Assembly (NCBI GenBank): GCA_011364965.1
Contig: RDOB01000008.1
Span: forward strand, 1-55,349
Source of the DNA: Candidatus Heimdallarchaeota archaeon
Lineage (GTDB): Archaea > Asgardarchaeota > Heimdallarchaeia > Hodarchaeales > Hodarchaeaceae
DNA: 55,349 bases
Direction: 5' to 3'
Part shown: positions 37,003 through 47,516 of the stretch, one piece after another
Layout of the letters: the number at the start of each line of letters is the position of its first letter
Position numbering within the stretch: position 1 is the first letter of the stretch
Notes under the pieces: generated by a model
What the model saw: the letters and a program-made list of their open reading frames with translations, nothing else
Database searches by the model: none
Told to the model about the DNA's origin: nothing
Position numbers and translations under genes: made by a program

Positions 37003-37086
37003 AAGTCACACAATCCGCTGAAATTTTGAATATTATTGAAGCTAGGAATATTTAATGGAGTGAGAATTTGAATGTTTCTAATGAAA

Positions 37087-38334
37087 TTATCCAAAATTTT
37101 CAACGTAAATTTGTATTAAATTTAATAATGTTTCAATTGATTTTTCCATTGCTATGACTGGGACAAACTCCTTTTTGCTATGGAAGTTCATTGCTCCTGC
37201 AAAGATGTTAGGTGTTGGAAGGCCCATGAAACTTAACCGAGCACCGTCTGTTCCACCACGAACCTCTTTTCTTATGAGCTCAATACCTGATCTTTTAATA
37301 GCTTCCTCGGCATGTTGAGCAATATGTGGATATTGATCAAGAATGGATTTCATATTTTTATATTGTTTTTTAAGATCCAGAAGGATCGTAGATTTAGGAT
37401 ATATTTTCTGGTACTTCTCCACAATGTGTTTTATGAATTGGATTTTGAAATCCAGTTCCCCCTCATCAAAATCTCGTAGAATGAATTTCAAAGTGGATTC
37501 ATTCACTCCTCCTTTGACCTCATATACATGATAATAACCTTGGCGCTTTTCAGTTGTTTCAGGGGCTTCTTGATTTGGGAACTCGGATATTATTTCTCCA
37601 ATGATTTTCACCGAATTTACAAGCTTATTTTTTGCATACCCAGGGTGAAAATTAAACCCTTTTACTGTAATCAACCCTCCAGCAGCATTGAAAGTTTCTG
37701 TTTCCAAAACTCCCATCTCATCCCCGTCCAGAGTATAGCCAACATCTGCATCAAGGGATTTTACATCAAGAGCGTCAACTCCATGCCCTACTTCCTCATC
37801 TGGGGTAAAAATAATTTTTATTCTTCCATGTTTAATGTTAGAATCCTTTGTAATATTTGAAAGAACAGTCATAATCGAAGCAATACCTGCTTTATCATCT
37901 CCACCTAAGAGAGTTGTGCCATCAGTGGTAATAATGTCACTTCCAATAAACTTCATTAAAGCTGGTGTCTCTTTAGGAGAAATTACTAACTTAGGATTTC
38001 CTGACAAGATAATATCTTCACCAGAATAGTTTTTTACGATCTGTGGGTTGATATTTTCTCCTGGTTCCTCAGGAGACGTATCCATATGGGCTAATAAGCA
38101 AATAACTGGAATTTTCGAGGCTTGATCCTGAGGTAAATTTGATGGAAGAGTGCCTTTTACATAACAGTGTTCATCAACAAAGGCATCATTAATCCCCAAT
38201 TCTTGAAGTTCCTTGGCCAAAACATAAGCTAAATCAAATTGACGTTTAGTGCTAGGGATTTCATCAACTCCCTCTTGACTTGTCGTATGAATCTTTACAT
38301 ATCGCAGAAATCTTTCTACTACTTCAGAAGACAT
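37087..38334 (-). CDS. pepT: Peptidase T (M20B tripeptidase)
   Basis: RFLRYVKI, AHMDTS, TDGTTLLGGDDKAG, FTPDEEVG, HPGYAK, RGGTDGARLSFMGLPTPN. Confidence 0.96.
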   Translation of the reverse strand: MSSEVVERFLRYVKIHTTSQEGVDEIPSTKRQFDLAYVLAKELQELGINDAFVDEHCYVKGTLPSNLPQDQASKIPVICLLAHMDTSPEEPGENINPQIVKNYSGEDIILSGNPKLVISPKETPALMKFIGSDIITTDGTTLLGGDDKAGIASIMTVLSNITKDSNIKHGRIKIIFTPDEEVGHGVDALDVKSLDADVGYTLDGDEMGVLETETFNAAGGLITVKGFNFHPGYAKNKLVNSVKIIGEIISEFPNQEAPETTEKRQGYYHVYEVKGGVNESTLKFILRDFDEGELDFKIQFIKHIVEKYQKIYPKSTILLDLKKQYKNMKSILDQYPHIAQHAEEAIKRSGIELIRKEVRGGTDGARLSFMGLPTPNIFAGAMNFHSKKEFVPVIAMEKSIETLLNLIQIYVENFG

Positions 38335-38459
38335 AAATTCACCACCAATCCAGCAAAAATGAAAATTATTCTAAAGTTTTGAGCGAATTTTATTTAATCC
38401 TTGTGTCAAGAGAACATCAAGTTCTAGCAACAGGGATAAAAAGCTTCAAGGTGATTTTT

Positions 38460-39911
38460 GTGGAAGATCTTTTAGATTATATCCTGAAATTTGGACGATC
38501 AAATGAATATTTGGACGTGAGACTGGAAAAATTCCAGAATCTGGTAATTAATTCAATAAATCAAGAAATTACTAAAGCGTTTACATATCAAAAAAAAGGG
38601 ATTGGAATTAGAATCCTTGCAGATGGGGCATGGGGATTTGCTAGTAGTCAAAATCTTGAAAAATCCGCTGTGAAAAAAACTCTTGAAATTGCTCGTAAAA
38701 TGGCTCATATAGAAGCTGATAGAAGCAAAACTCCTATTCAACTAGCAGAAATTCCTGTTTCCGAGGATATGGTGGAAGTACCGTGTTCTATAGATTTCCG
38801 TGAAATTCCATTAGAGGAAAAAATCAATCAAATATTAATGTGGAATAATCAGATAAATATCTCCGAGGAAATTCTAAGGACTATAGTGGATTACGCAACA
38901 ATATCAGCAACAAAATATTTCTGGAGTAACGAGGGTACAAAGATTAAATTTATTAGACCCCTCGTTTATGTAAATCTAGGAGCAGTTGCAAAAGGAAATA
39001 CAGGAGTGAGAGCATATTATCAACCTTGGGGAGGAACTTTTCCAAATGTGGGAGGAACTGGAGGACATGAGATTTTAGGACAGAATGGTGATTTATCTGA
39101 AATATGCCAGCTAGTTGGTGAAAAAGCGATAAAATTATCAAATGCCAAACCAGCACCCACATTAAAAGACATTCCTATTGTTTTTGACCCAGCCTATATG
39201 GCATTACTTGTTCACGAGATTATTGGCCATCCATCAGAAGCTGATCGAGTCCTTGGATGGGAAGCTGCATGGGCTGGAAGTACGTGGTGGAAAGGAAAAA
39301 GTAAAGATGAAGGAAATCCAACTAAAGTAGGATCAAAATATGTTACTGTCTACAATGATCCTACAATCCCAAAGAACTTCGCATACATGCTTTATGATGA
39401 TGAAGGTACACCCTGTAAGCGAACAACTCTTATAAAGGAAGGAATCGTAACTGAACGTATGCATTCACGAGAAACAGCTTATTTAATGAATGTAGAGCCA
39501 AATGGTGCCATGAGAGCTAATACATATGAATATCAACCGCTTATTAGACAGATAAATGTTTTTTGGGGAACAGGAGATTGGAAAGTTGAGGAGATAATTG
39601 AAGATACCAAAAAAGGAGTTTACCTCTTGGGGGCTAATATTCCCTCAATAGACGATCAGAGGTTTAATTGGGCAATTTCATCCCAAGAAGGATATTTAAT
39701 AGAGAATGGTGAATTGACTGAGCATTTATATTCATGTGCAGCCACAGCTACGACTCCAACCTTTCTGAAAAGCATTGATGCACTAGCAGGTGATGATCAA
39801 CAACTCTTCTGGTCAAGTTGTGGCAAGGGAGACCCGATGCAAGGTGGAACAGTATCCAATGGGGGACCCACAATGCGAGGTATTGCCACACTAACAGGTC
39901 CACGTAAGTAA
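38460..39911 (+). CDS. tldD: TldD-family metalloprotease (catalytic subunit)
   Basis: GIGIR, GAWGFA, HEIIGHPSEAD, YDDEG, CGKG; start moved to GTG 38460 after AGGTGA. Confidence 0.92.
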   Translation: MEDLLDYILKFGRSNEYLDVRLEKFQNLVINSINQEITKAFTYQKKGIGIRILADGAWGFASSQNLEKSAVKKTLEIARKMAHIEADRSKTPIQLAEIPVSEDMVEVPCSIDFREIPLEEKINQILMWNNQINISEEILRTIVDYATISATKYFWSNEGTKIKFIRPLVYVNLGAVAKGNTGVRAYYQPWGGTFPNVGGTGGHEILGQNGDLSEICQLVGEKAIKLSNAKPAPTLKDIPIVFDPAYMALLVHEIIGHPSEADRVLGWEAAWAGSTWWKGKSKDEGNPTKVGSKYVTVYNDPTIPKNFAYMLYDDEGTPCKRTTLIKEGIVTERMHSRETAYLMNVEPNGAMRANTYEYQPLIRQINVFWGTGDWKVEEIIEDTKKGVYLLGANIPSIDDQRFNWAISSQEGYLIENGELTEHLYSCAATATTPTFLKSIDALAGDDQQLFWSSCGKGDPMQGGTVSNGGPTMRGIATLTGPRK

Positions 39912-39925
39912 GGAGAAAAAAAAGG

Positions 39926-41329
39926 ATGAACGAAGATTATTCGGAAAGATTGGAATATGCAATAAATAAAACGCAAAAGTATAAGGATATTTTTCAGATA
40001 GAAGCATTTTTGGGGGAAAATAACCTACTTACAATACGTTCAGCGATGGGAAAAATATTAGAAAGCAAAGTAATTCAGGATGCTGGAATTGGTATTAGAA
40101 TTCTCAAGGAAGATGGCGGACTTGGGTTTTCCTCAACATGTGACTTTTCTGATGAGGCGATTATAAAATCTATTGATGAAGCTTTGGCAATAAGTAAGTT
40201 TAGGAAGGTTGATCCTTCTTATTCATTCGCAGTTCCTAGGAAATCGCAGAGAAATGCTAATTTTTATGATAAACAATTGGTAGAAGCTATCTATGAATAC
40301 GATAATTTGAATGAAACAATTAATCAAGCTCTACAGGAAACATTGGAATTTCACCCTGCCATTAAAGAAGTTGCGGGTCCTGCGCACTTTGTTGAATATA
40401 AAAAGCATATTATTAATTCTAATGAAGTAGATCTCTCTGAAAAGGGGACTTATTGGAATGCAGAACTAATGGCAATTGCTGAAACAAGTCTAGATCGTCG
40501 TGAGGGGTCAGATTCTTCCGCGGGATTTGCAGTTAAAGAATTGAATCTCTCTCAAATGGCAACAAAAGCAGGAGACATGGCAGTAAAGAGCTTAAATGGA
40601 AAAAAAGTTGATGCAGGAACTTATGAAATCATATTTAGTCCAATGTCAATGTCAACCTTCTTAGGATGGTTTGTTATGCTTACTAATCCGCAGAATCAAG
40701 AGAAAAATATGCCCTTATTGAAAGATAAAATCGGGGGTATGATTGCATCAGAGCGTTTTATAATTGGTAATGACCCTCTTAAAGTAGCTAGTCCAGTTTC
40801 AGGACTTTATGATGATGAAGGAACACCTACGGAGGATATAATAATTGTAGAGAATGGAATTTTCAAAACCATGCCATTAGATACATTTTATGCTTCTAAA
40901 TTCCAAACCAGATCTAATGGAAGCGGATATCGATTGGCAAGAGGTTCAGGAATGACAAATTATCCTGGACAATTGTATCAAAGTGAACCTATCCCAATAT
41001 TCCCGTCTATTTACATGGAAGGAGGGGGAAGTGATGTTGAACGGATGATTGAGTCAACAAGGAAGGGGATCTATCTAGATTTTCTCCATTATGCTTATAT
41101 TACGAACGGGGGTACAGGTGATTATACGGGGATATTAAGACAAGGGACTTTTCTTATTGAAAGTGGAGAGATCATATATCCTATAAAGAAATGCCGTCTT
41201 ATGGATAATATAATAGAAATGGCGAAAAATATTGAATTAATTGGAGAACCAAAAATAGCAGGGCATTGGCGAGACATGAGGTTAGTTCCACCAGTTAAAA
41301 TAAGTTCGGTAGATATAATCCCATATTAG
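39926..41329 (+). CDS. pmbA: TldE/PmbA-family protein
   Basis: GIGIR, YDDEGTP, no HExxH, TGDY; directly follows tldD. Confidence 0.88.
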   Translation: MNEDYSERLEYAINKTQKYKDIFQIEAFLGENNLLTIRSAMGKILESKVIQDAGIGIRILKEDGGLGFSSTCDFSDEAIIKSIDEALAISKFRKVDPSYSFAVPRKSQRNANFYDKQLVEAIYEYDNLNETINQALQETLEFHPAIKEVAGPAHFVEYKKHIINSNEVDLSEKGTYWNAELMAIAETSLDRREGSDSSAGFAVKELNLSQMATKAGDMAVKSLNGKKVDAGTYEIIFSPMSMSTFLGWFVMLTNPQNQEKNMPLLKDKIGGMIASERFIIGNDPLKVASPVSGLYDDEGTPTEDIIIVENGIFKTMPLDTFYASKFQTRSNGSGYRLARGSGMTNYPGQLYQSEPIPIFPSIYMEGGGSDVERMIESTRKGIYLDFLHYAYITNGGTGDYTGILRQGTFLIESGEIIYPIKKCRLMDNIIEMAKNIELIGEPKIAGHWRDMRLVPPVKISSVDIIPY

Positions 41330-41371
41330 ACCTAACAGGTGAATAAAAAAAAAGAAAAGAAAATAGGATTA

Positions 41372-42088
41372 TTATCGGGATTGAGGGAGATGAGGGGCAA
41401 TCAAAGAAGCTAGCAACCCAATTTCACGGTTTTGAGTATAAACAATCCCGGGCCCTTTGTACCTAATCACAATTCCTTCTCCACCAAGGAAGAAGCTCTT
41501 TTTCCCTCCAACTTTTGAGACAGAATGTTGCATATTGCTTTGAAATGCTAGCATAACTCCATTATCAACAACAAATTCCTCTCCAGGACCAATATCGTGA
41601 CGTTCTATATAACCATAGCCTCCCATCCAAACATCTCCTTCAGCTTCAGCCATGATTTTAGTTAAAATTAAACCTTCGCCACCCAATACACTTTTAAAGC
41701 CACCTACTTTCGAAGTAACTTCGATTGAAGGAGTACCGCATATATAAGCGTCCCTACTTAATGTCCATTCTTCTCCTTGATTTAGATGAAGATGAATTAT
41801 ATCTCCTGGAGCTCCATGAGCGAAAGCAACCATACCTGGTTTCGTGAAACCTTCATCAATTTCAAAAAAGTTTTGGAACATAGACTCTCCACTGAAAGCC
41901 CGTTTAAATCCTCGCATCACGCCACCTGCGGATTTGGTAGTCATTTTAATATGGCCATCCATGTAAACCATGGCACCGCCTTCAGCTCGAACTTGTTGAC
42001 CCGGTTGATCTAAATAAATCCGAACCACGCTAAAAGCGGGACTCCCAGTGACCTCATATCTCAAAAATGATTTGTCTTTTTCAGTCAT
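41372..42088 (-). CDS. AIM24/TIGR00266 family protein
   Basis: AEGGAMVYM, SGESMFQN, APGDI, GGEGL, VVDNG. Confidence 0.92.
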   Translation of the reverse strand: MTEKDKSFLRYEVTGSPAFSVVRIYLDQPGQQVRAEGGAMVYMDGHIKMTTKSAGGVMRGFKRAFSGESMFQNFFEIDEGFTKPGMVAFAHGAPGDIIHLHLNQGEEWTLSRDAYICGTPSIEVTSKVGGFKSVLGGEGLILTKIMAEAEGDVWMGGYGYIERHDIGPGEEFVVDNGVMLAFQSNMQHSVSKVGGKKSFFLGGEGIVIRYKGPGIVYTQNREIGLLASLIAPHLPQSR

Positions 42089-42359
42089 TAAAAAACACCA
42101 ATTTATTGATGATTAAAGAGAAATTAAATTCTGGATATTTAAGGGAATGCACTATAGAACTTTAAAATCGGATTTATTAATTCAATTAAAAAGAGAAAAT
42201 AGGAGTTTCCAGTTAAAAATAAGGATATTATTCGGACTTTTCAATCTTTTTTTGAACATCTATGATCTTTTTCCCATAGCAAGATAGGTTATAAGCTGCT
42301 AAGAACGACTATTAATCCAAAATTTTTTTTAAAAAAAAGGGAAAAAAGAATGAGGCTGT

Positions 42360-43787
42360 TTACTCATTTCGCTTGTACGGTGCTCTTTCGCCTTCTAAAT
42401 ATTCTTTATGGTGATCTTTTACTAACATTAAAAATATTAAACCTATAATATAGATAATAGCTAGTACAATAAATCCGATTCTATAAGAAAAAGGTATATT
42501 GTTTGTGGCCTCCTGAGTCACCGATAAAACAGTTGCAAAAACTGATAATCCAATTGCGCTTCCCCCCTTACTCACTAACTTGGAATATCCAAAATATTGA
42601 CCAATCTTATCTTCAGGTGCCAATTCTATAACCATTTGTCTATTTGCTACCCATGTGGATCCCTGTGCGCCTCCAATGACTAGTGCTGCGATAAATAATA
42701 GTATCAGCCAAAGTCCTCCTGATTCTGGGTCGGTTGTATCGGCTAATATCGCAATCACCAATGTCAGTAGGTAGCCAATTCCTACTATAAGAAAAGCAAA
42801 CTTTGGGCCTCGTTTATCACTTATCGGCCCAATCCCAAGTGTCAAGATACTTGCTCCAATTACCCCCACGAAAATCAGAACTAGGGGCATTGATCCTGTT
42901 AAACCCCAAGCATCTTCAGCAGCCGGAAGCATATATGCAATTATTGTATTTACCACATCAACTGTAAGGATCCATCCAATCATAAAAAGAAGCATTTCTC
43001 TATATCGAATTACATTTGTCGTCGTCTGAACTAGCTCCCTTCGAGCTTCAGAGAATAGCTGAACAACTGAAAATGGGGTTTTTTGGGTCCTTTCTCGTAC
43101 CCAGAGGAACGGGATCGCAGTGATGAAAAATGCGATAGCGCAAATTAACCACATCCAAAGAAAATCGCCAAGAATGATATCAGAAGCTGAGATTATAGTC
43201 ACACCATCAGCTGCGAGCGGAGCACCAGTTTCAGTTAATGTTGTATGCTCTGCTATCCCTACCATAGGAAGAATAAAAAGGATAGCTATCGCAATAAATG
43301 AACCAAAATATCCTATTGCAACACCAATGGCTGAAACTTTTCCTATTTCGTCATCTGCACAAATATGGGGAATCATTGCATCATAAAATAGATTACCCCA
43401 CTGATATGTAATATTTGCAATTATAAAGAGGAAATATGCAAACCAAAAATTAGAAAAGATGAAAACAAGTCCTGTTGTTAAGATGCAAATAGAGCCAAGT
43501 ATAATTACCTTACTTTTCCTCTCTCCACTTTTATCACTTAATGCTCCCATGAAAGGAACCGTTATAGCAACCAATATAGTGGAAATTGAGCCTGCAAGAC
43601 CAGCTAGCAAATTTGCTTGACTCCAGCTCAAACCCTGCTGCATTCCGAGTAGAGTAAAGAATTTAATGACAGTAAGAGACACAATACCCATTGAGAATAT
43701 TGTATTGGCTAAATCATACATCGACCATAATAGCACATTCCCACGGGTAGATCTTTTATTTCCTAATTTGTTCATTGAGTCACTCAT
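42360..43787 (-). CDS. MFS transporter (UMF1/Atg22-like)
   Basis: WSMYDLANT, PFMGALSD, FYDAM, GPISDKRG; about 12 TM. Confidence 0.88.
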   Translation of the reverse strand: MSDSMNKLGNKRSTRGNVLLWSMYDLANTIFSMGIVSLTVIKFFTLLGMQQGLSWSQANLLAGLAGSISTILVAITVPFMGALSDKSGERKSKVIILGSICILTTGLVFIFSNFWFAYFLFIIANITYQWGNLFYDAMIPHICADDEIGKVSAIGVAIGYFGSFIAIAILFILPMVGIAEHTTLTETGAPLAADGVTIISASDIILGDFLWMWLICAIAFFITAIPFLWVRERTQKTPFSVVQLFSEARRELVQTTTNVIRYREMLLFMIGWILTVDVVNTIIAYMLPAAEDAWGLTGSMPLVLIFVGVIGASILTLGIGPISDKRGPKFAFLIVGIGYLLTLVIAILADTTDPESGGLWLILLFIAALVIGGAQGSTWVANRQMVIELAPEDKIGQYFGYSKLVSKGGSAIGLSVFATVLSVTQEATNNIPFSYRIGFIVLAIIYIIGLIFLMLVKDHHKEYLEGERAPYKRNE

Positions 43788-43986
43788 AGTCTATCAACCA
43801 ATTAAATCGAGTAGAAATGAATTAGCTAATTCCTCATATATACTTTTAGCGAATAAATCTGAATATTCGTATAATACTTTTTAATGCTTTTATATAATCA
43901 GGATAACCAAAATATTCTCAAATCAATTGAGTTCTCACATCCAGTAATGCTCTGATTAGGATCTACCATGAAAACAGGAAGCTAAG

Positions 43987-45918
43987 ATGAAACATATTGA
44001 TAGAGCCATCTCTTCTTCTGGACACTCCCCCATGTATGTTATGCATAAATTTTTTGGGCGTAAGCAAGAAGATGTAATTAGAGAATACATTAAATGCTAC
44101 ACAAACAAAGGAGACTTGATTTTAGACCCTTTTTGTGGGAGTGGAGTCATGATTGGGGAAGCAGTAAAACTAAAACGTAAAGCAATAGGTCTAGACATAA
44201 ATCCCATGTCGATATTTATATCAAGAAATACTTTACTTCCTGCCGATATTACAGAAATCGAACGAGAATTTTATCAAATTTCGGCTGAAATTAGTCATGA
44301 AATTAACAGTTTATATGAAACTCAATGCAGAGAGTGCTGTATGCGAGTTGAAGCAATTTGCTATACCTGGAATAAAAATAATTTAATTGATGTAAGATAT
44401 GAATGCCCTACACATGGTAAACAAATTCATCCAATAAATTTTTCAGATCAGAATTTATACAAAAAAATTCAAAATGGAAAAATCCCTTCTTTTTTTGATG
44501 ATAATGGTGTTTGTAAATACTGGTATCCACAAAACAGATTTTTATACAATAAATCGTCCCCATTTCTGAAAAAAGAAAGATATAATTCAGTAAATGAACT
44601 TTTTACTATAAGAAATCTAATTTCATTGGCTAAACTATACTCTCGTATTGAAAAAATCGAAAATCCTGATATTCGATCCTCCTTTAAGTTTGCGTTTACC
44701 TCTATGACTCACTTGGCTTCAAAAATGACTCCTGTTCGCTCCTCCAGACCCTTTAGTTCTGCTTGGGTTCAACAAAGCTATTGGTACTGCTCTGAATATA
44801 TGGAGTCTAATGTATGGCTGTTATTTGAAAGATCAGTGAAGGGGAAGCAAGGACTCCTAAGAGCGAAGAAAGATCTTCTGAATCAAAACGTTACTTTAAA
44901 TGAATCATCCTCAATTAAAGAACTGCTTACAAGCAATTCCCATGGTTTTCATCTCATACAAAATTCAATTGATAATTTGGATAATTTGGAACCTAATAGT
45001 GTTGATTATGTAATAACGGATCCCCCTTATGGATATTCTATTCAATATGGCGAACTCCTTTTCATGTGGGGAGCATGGATAGATACTTTGAACGAATTCA
45101 AAGAATATATAACAAAAGAAATTGTTGTTAATCCAAGACAAAACAAAGATGAAGTAAAATATGAGCAAATGCTACTTAGTATTTTCAAAAGAATACATTA
45201 TTTATTAAAACCATTTAAATATTGTACTGTAACCTTTCATAATCCAAATCTGAAATTCCGTAATATCTTAGTCAGAACTGTGTTAATTGCTGGATTTTCA
45301 CTTGAGAAAATCGTTTATCAACCACCTTCTAGGCCTTCTGCCAAAAGCTTATTACAACCTTTTGGCTCGTTAGAGGGGGATTACTTTTTTCGATTCAAAA
45401 AATCAACAATCGTAGATTCTACTACACGCGAAGATATTGATGAATCACATCTTGAAACGTTGGTAGTGGAAAAAGTAATAGAAATTCTAATAAAAAGAGG
45501 AGAACCTACTCATTATACGTTTATTCAAAATGTGTTGGACCCATTACTTTATGAAGAACTCAATCGAACAGGACAAATTATGAGATTTCAACCTGAGAGC
45601 ATTGAAAAGATTTTAAAGAAATATGAGGGAACCGTTTTTGTTTTAGTGCCACTGAAGTTTCGTAAAATCGGTTCAAGAAATTTAGTTTGGAACGCATGGT
45701 GGTTAAAGAATCCAAATGATTATAAATTAAAAACCCCTCTCTCTATCCGCGTTTCAAATGCTATTGAAGAATTACTGAATACCACAAATCAGATTACTGT
45801 GAAAGAGGTTCAGAACATTGTTTTTGAGAAATTTCAAGATGTAATTACTCCGGATTTAAATTTAATAATGGAAATTCTGACTCAAAAGCAAAAAGAGAGA
45901 ATGGAAGTTAAAGATTAG
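43987..45918 (+). CDS. DNA amino-methyltransferase (likely N6-adenine), orphan
   Basis: Motif I LDPFCGSG near the N-terminus; motif IV TDPPY after a long insertion containing CxxC. Confidence 0.88.
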   Translation: MKHIDRAISSSGHSPMYVMHKFFGRKQEDVIREYIKCYTNKGDLILDPFCGSGVMIGEAVKLKRKAIGLDINPMSIFISRNTLLPADITEIEREFYQISAEISHEINSLYETQCRECCMRVEAICYTWNKNNLIDVRYECPTHGKQIHPINFSDQNLYKKIQNGKIPSFFDDNGVCKYWYPQNRFLYNKSSPFLKKERYNSVNELFTIRNLISLAKLYSRIEKIENPDIRSSFKFAFTSMTHLASKMTPVRSSRPFSSAWVQQSYWYCSEYMESNVWLLFERSVKGKQGLLRAKKDLLNQNVTLNESSSIKELLTSNSHGFHLIQNSIDNLDNLEPNSVDYVITDPPYGYSIQYGELLFMWGAWIDTLNEFKEYITKEIVVNPRQNKDEVKYEQMLLSIFKRIHYLLKPFKYCTVTFHNPNLKFRNILVRTVLIAGFSLEKIVYQPPSRPSAKSLLQPFGSLEGDYFFRFKKSTIVDSTTREDIDESHLETLVVEKVIEILIKRGEPTHYTFIQNVLDPLLYEELNRTGQIMRFQPESIEKILKKYEGTVFVLVPLKFRKIGSRNLVWNAWWLKNPNDYKLKTPLSIRVSNAIEELLNTTNQITVKEVQNIVFEKFQDVITPDLNLIMEILTQKQKERMEVKD

Positions 45919-46268
45919 CTGTAAAAATAAATTAACTGATATTGATTCTTTCGACTCTGTTTAAATTCATAAAACTGATTTTGAGAGAGTAATATTTCTA
46001 AGAATATTTTTGACAAGGCCAAAAAAATCGCGTTATATTAATAAAAACTCAGCTTAACATTCATTTGAGGGGAAGAGATGAATAAATGAATTAATGAATG
46101 AGTAAAATGCTTGGTTTCAAAATTATCTGTTATTTTAAAGATACAAGAAAAGAATTAGAGGAATATTCCTAATAATATATTAGAAAATAATTAGCTTTAA
46201 AAGACTAAAAATGCAATAGCAGAATCAATCGGCAAGATAATAAAGATTCTAGGTTTTTTGGGATTGCT

Positions 46269-47363
46269 TTGCAAATTGATGATAATTGGGCGATGTTTGT
46301 TGAGGGAAAAGAGGTGAAGTGGACTTTTGGTGACATAACATCGGAACTTCAAGATATTATCCTGAATTTTCTTATTGGATTAGGGAAATTTGGACAAGAA
46401 TTATTTGGTGAGGGGATAGCGAGTATATCTTTTGATAGACGAATGCATACGGGCTATAAAACTTCTGAAATTTTCATTGTTTCTCTTCATGAGGAATTTT
46501 ATTTAATTATTAGTGACCCTGAAACAACACTCCTATTAATTAATAATAAAGGTGGTGTACCGGAGGATATTAGGGAAATAATGACAGCAGTGTTAGTGGG
46601 ACAAGCCTCTGTTCTGTATGCATCTAGTGTTGATAATTTACTGCCACAAGAAAAAGAATCATTAGAGAAGCATTTTAGAGATATAATTCTTGATGTAAAT
46701 CCGAATTATTTAGTAGATGAAAAAATTAATATGATAATTGGCAAATCAGGTAGTAATTTTTCAATGCTCAGCTTTGATGAATGTTTACTTTTTCATTTTT
46801 TTCTTCGAAAACATACTCAAGAAACGAGCTATTTTACCTCCTCGAATTGGTGTTTAATATCTCATATTGATGGAGGTGATATCCCATTTTCGTACAACAC
46901 GGAGGATGATATATTACTTGGCGGATATTTCTCTGCGATTATTGGACTAATTGATAAATTATTTGAATCAAAACCAAAAATGATCGCATTTGGATCAACA
47001 GAAGTACGTAGATTGCGTTTTGTCTATGGTAAAAGATTCTTTATGGCTATTGATAGTGATTTCCTTATAGACTTGTTATTAACAAGACGGTTTCAAAGTG
47101 AATTCTTTGAAACGAGTTATTCTGTAATTAAAGACATTTCCCAGGGCATAAAAGAACTTATTGTGGAAGAGATTGTAACTTTTAATGAGCGGTACTTTAA
47201 GCAATATACTGCAGAAAGTTTATTGGATCTTTTCCTAGGAGAAGCAAGTGAAGAACTTGAATTATTTTTTGGAGAAGAAAAGGAAAATTTAGAACTCCTA
47301 AGAGAGGAACGAAAAAATCAGGTTTTAAAAGTAATTGGTCGCTTATTATTAGATTCAGAATGA
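46269..47363 (+). CDS. Hypothetical protein with two longin-like domains
   Basis: NFLIGLGKFGQELFGEGIASISF and DILLGGYFSAIIGLIDKLFESKPKMIAF fit the longin helix-strand pattern. Confidence 0.55.
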   Translation: MQIDDNWAMFVEGKEVKWTFGDITSELQDIILNFLIGLGKFGQELFGEGIASISFDRRMHTGYKTSEIFIVSLHEEFYLIISDPETTLLLINNKGGVPEDIREIMTAVLVGQASVLYASSVDNLLPQEKESLEKHFRDIILDVNPNYLVDEKINMIIGKSGSNFSMLSFDECLLFHFFLRKHTQETSYFTSSNWCLISHIDGGDIPFSYNTEDDILLGGYFSAIIGLIDKLFESKPKMIAFGSTEVRRLRFVYGKRFFMAIDSDFLIDLLLTRRFQSEFFETSYSVIKDISQGIKELIVEEIVTFNERYFKQYTAESLLDLFLGEASEELELFFGEEKENLELLREERKNQVLKVIGRLLLDSE

Positions 47364-47386
47364 CAGATTAAATTAGATTTAATCTG
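47364..47386. terminator. Inverted repeat right after a stop codon, between convergent genes
   Basis: CAGATTAAA-ttaga-TTTAATCTG. Confidence 0.35.
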
Positions 47387-47516
47387 ATTAATTCTAAATT
47401 AAAAAATTATAAAAAAATAGAGGAGTAACTTCTGTAGCTATTTATAAAGAACTGAACACTTCTAAAAGAGTAAAAGGAACGAAAACCATTTGAACAAATT
47501 AAAGGGCGGAATAAGC

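Noticed and set aside
45919-46268. Possible small restriction or antitoxin partner gene, or ncRNA, after the methyltransferase
   Set aside because: No convincing ORF or GC-rich structure; only AT-rich sequence with short ATGA repeats
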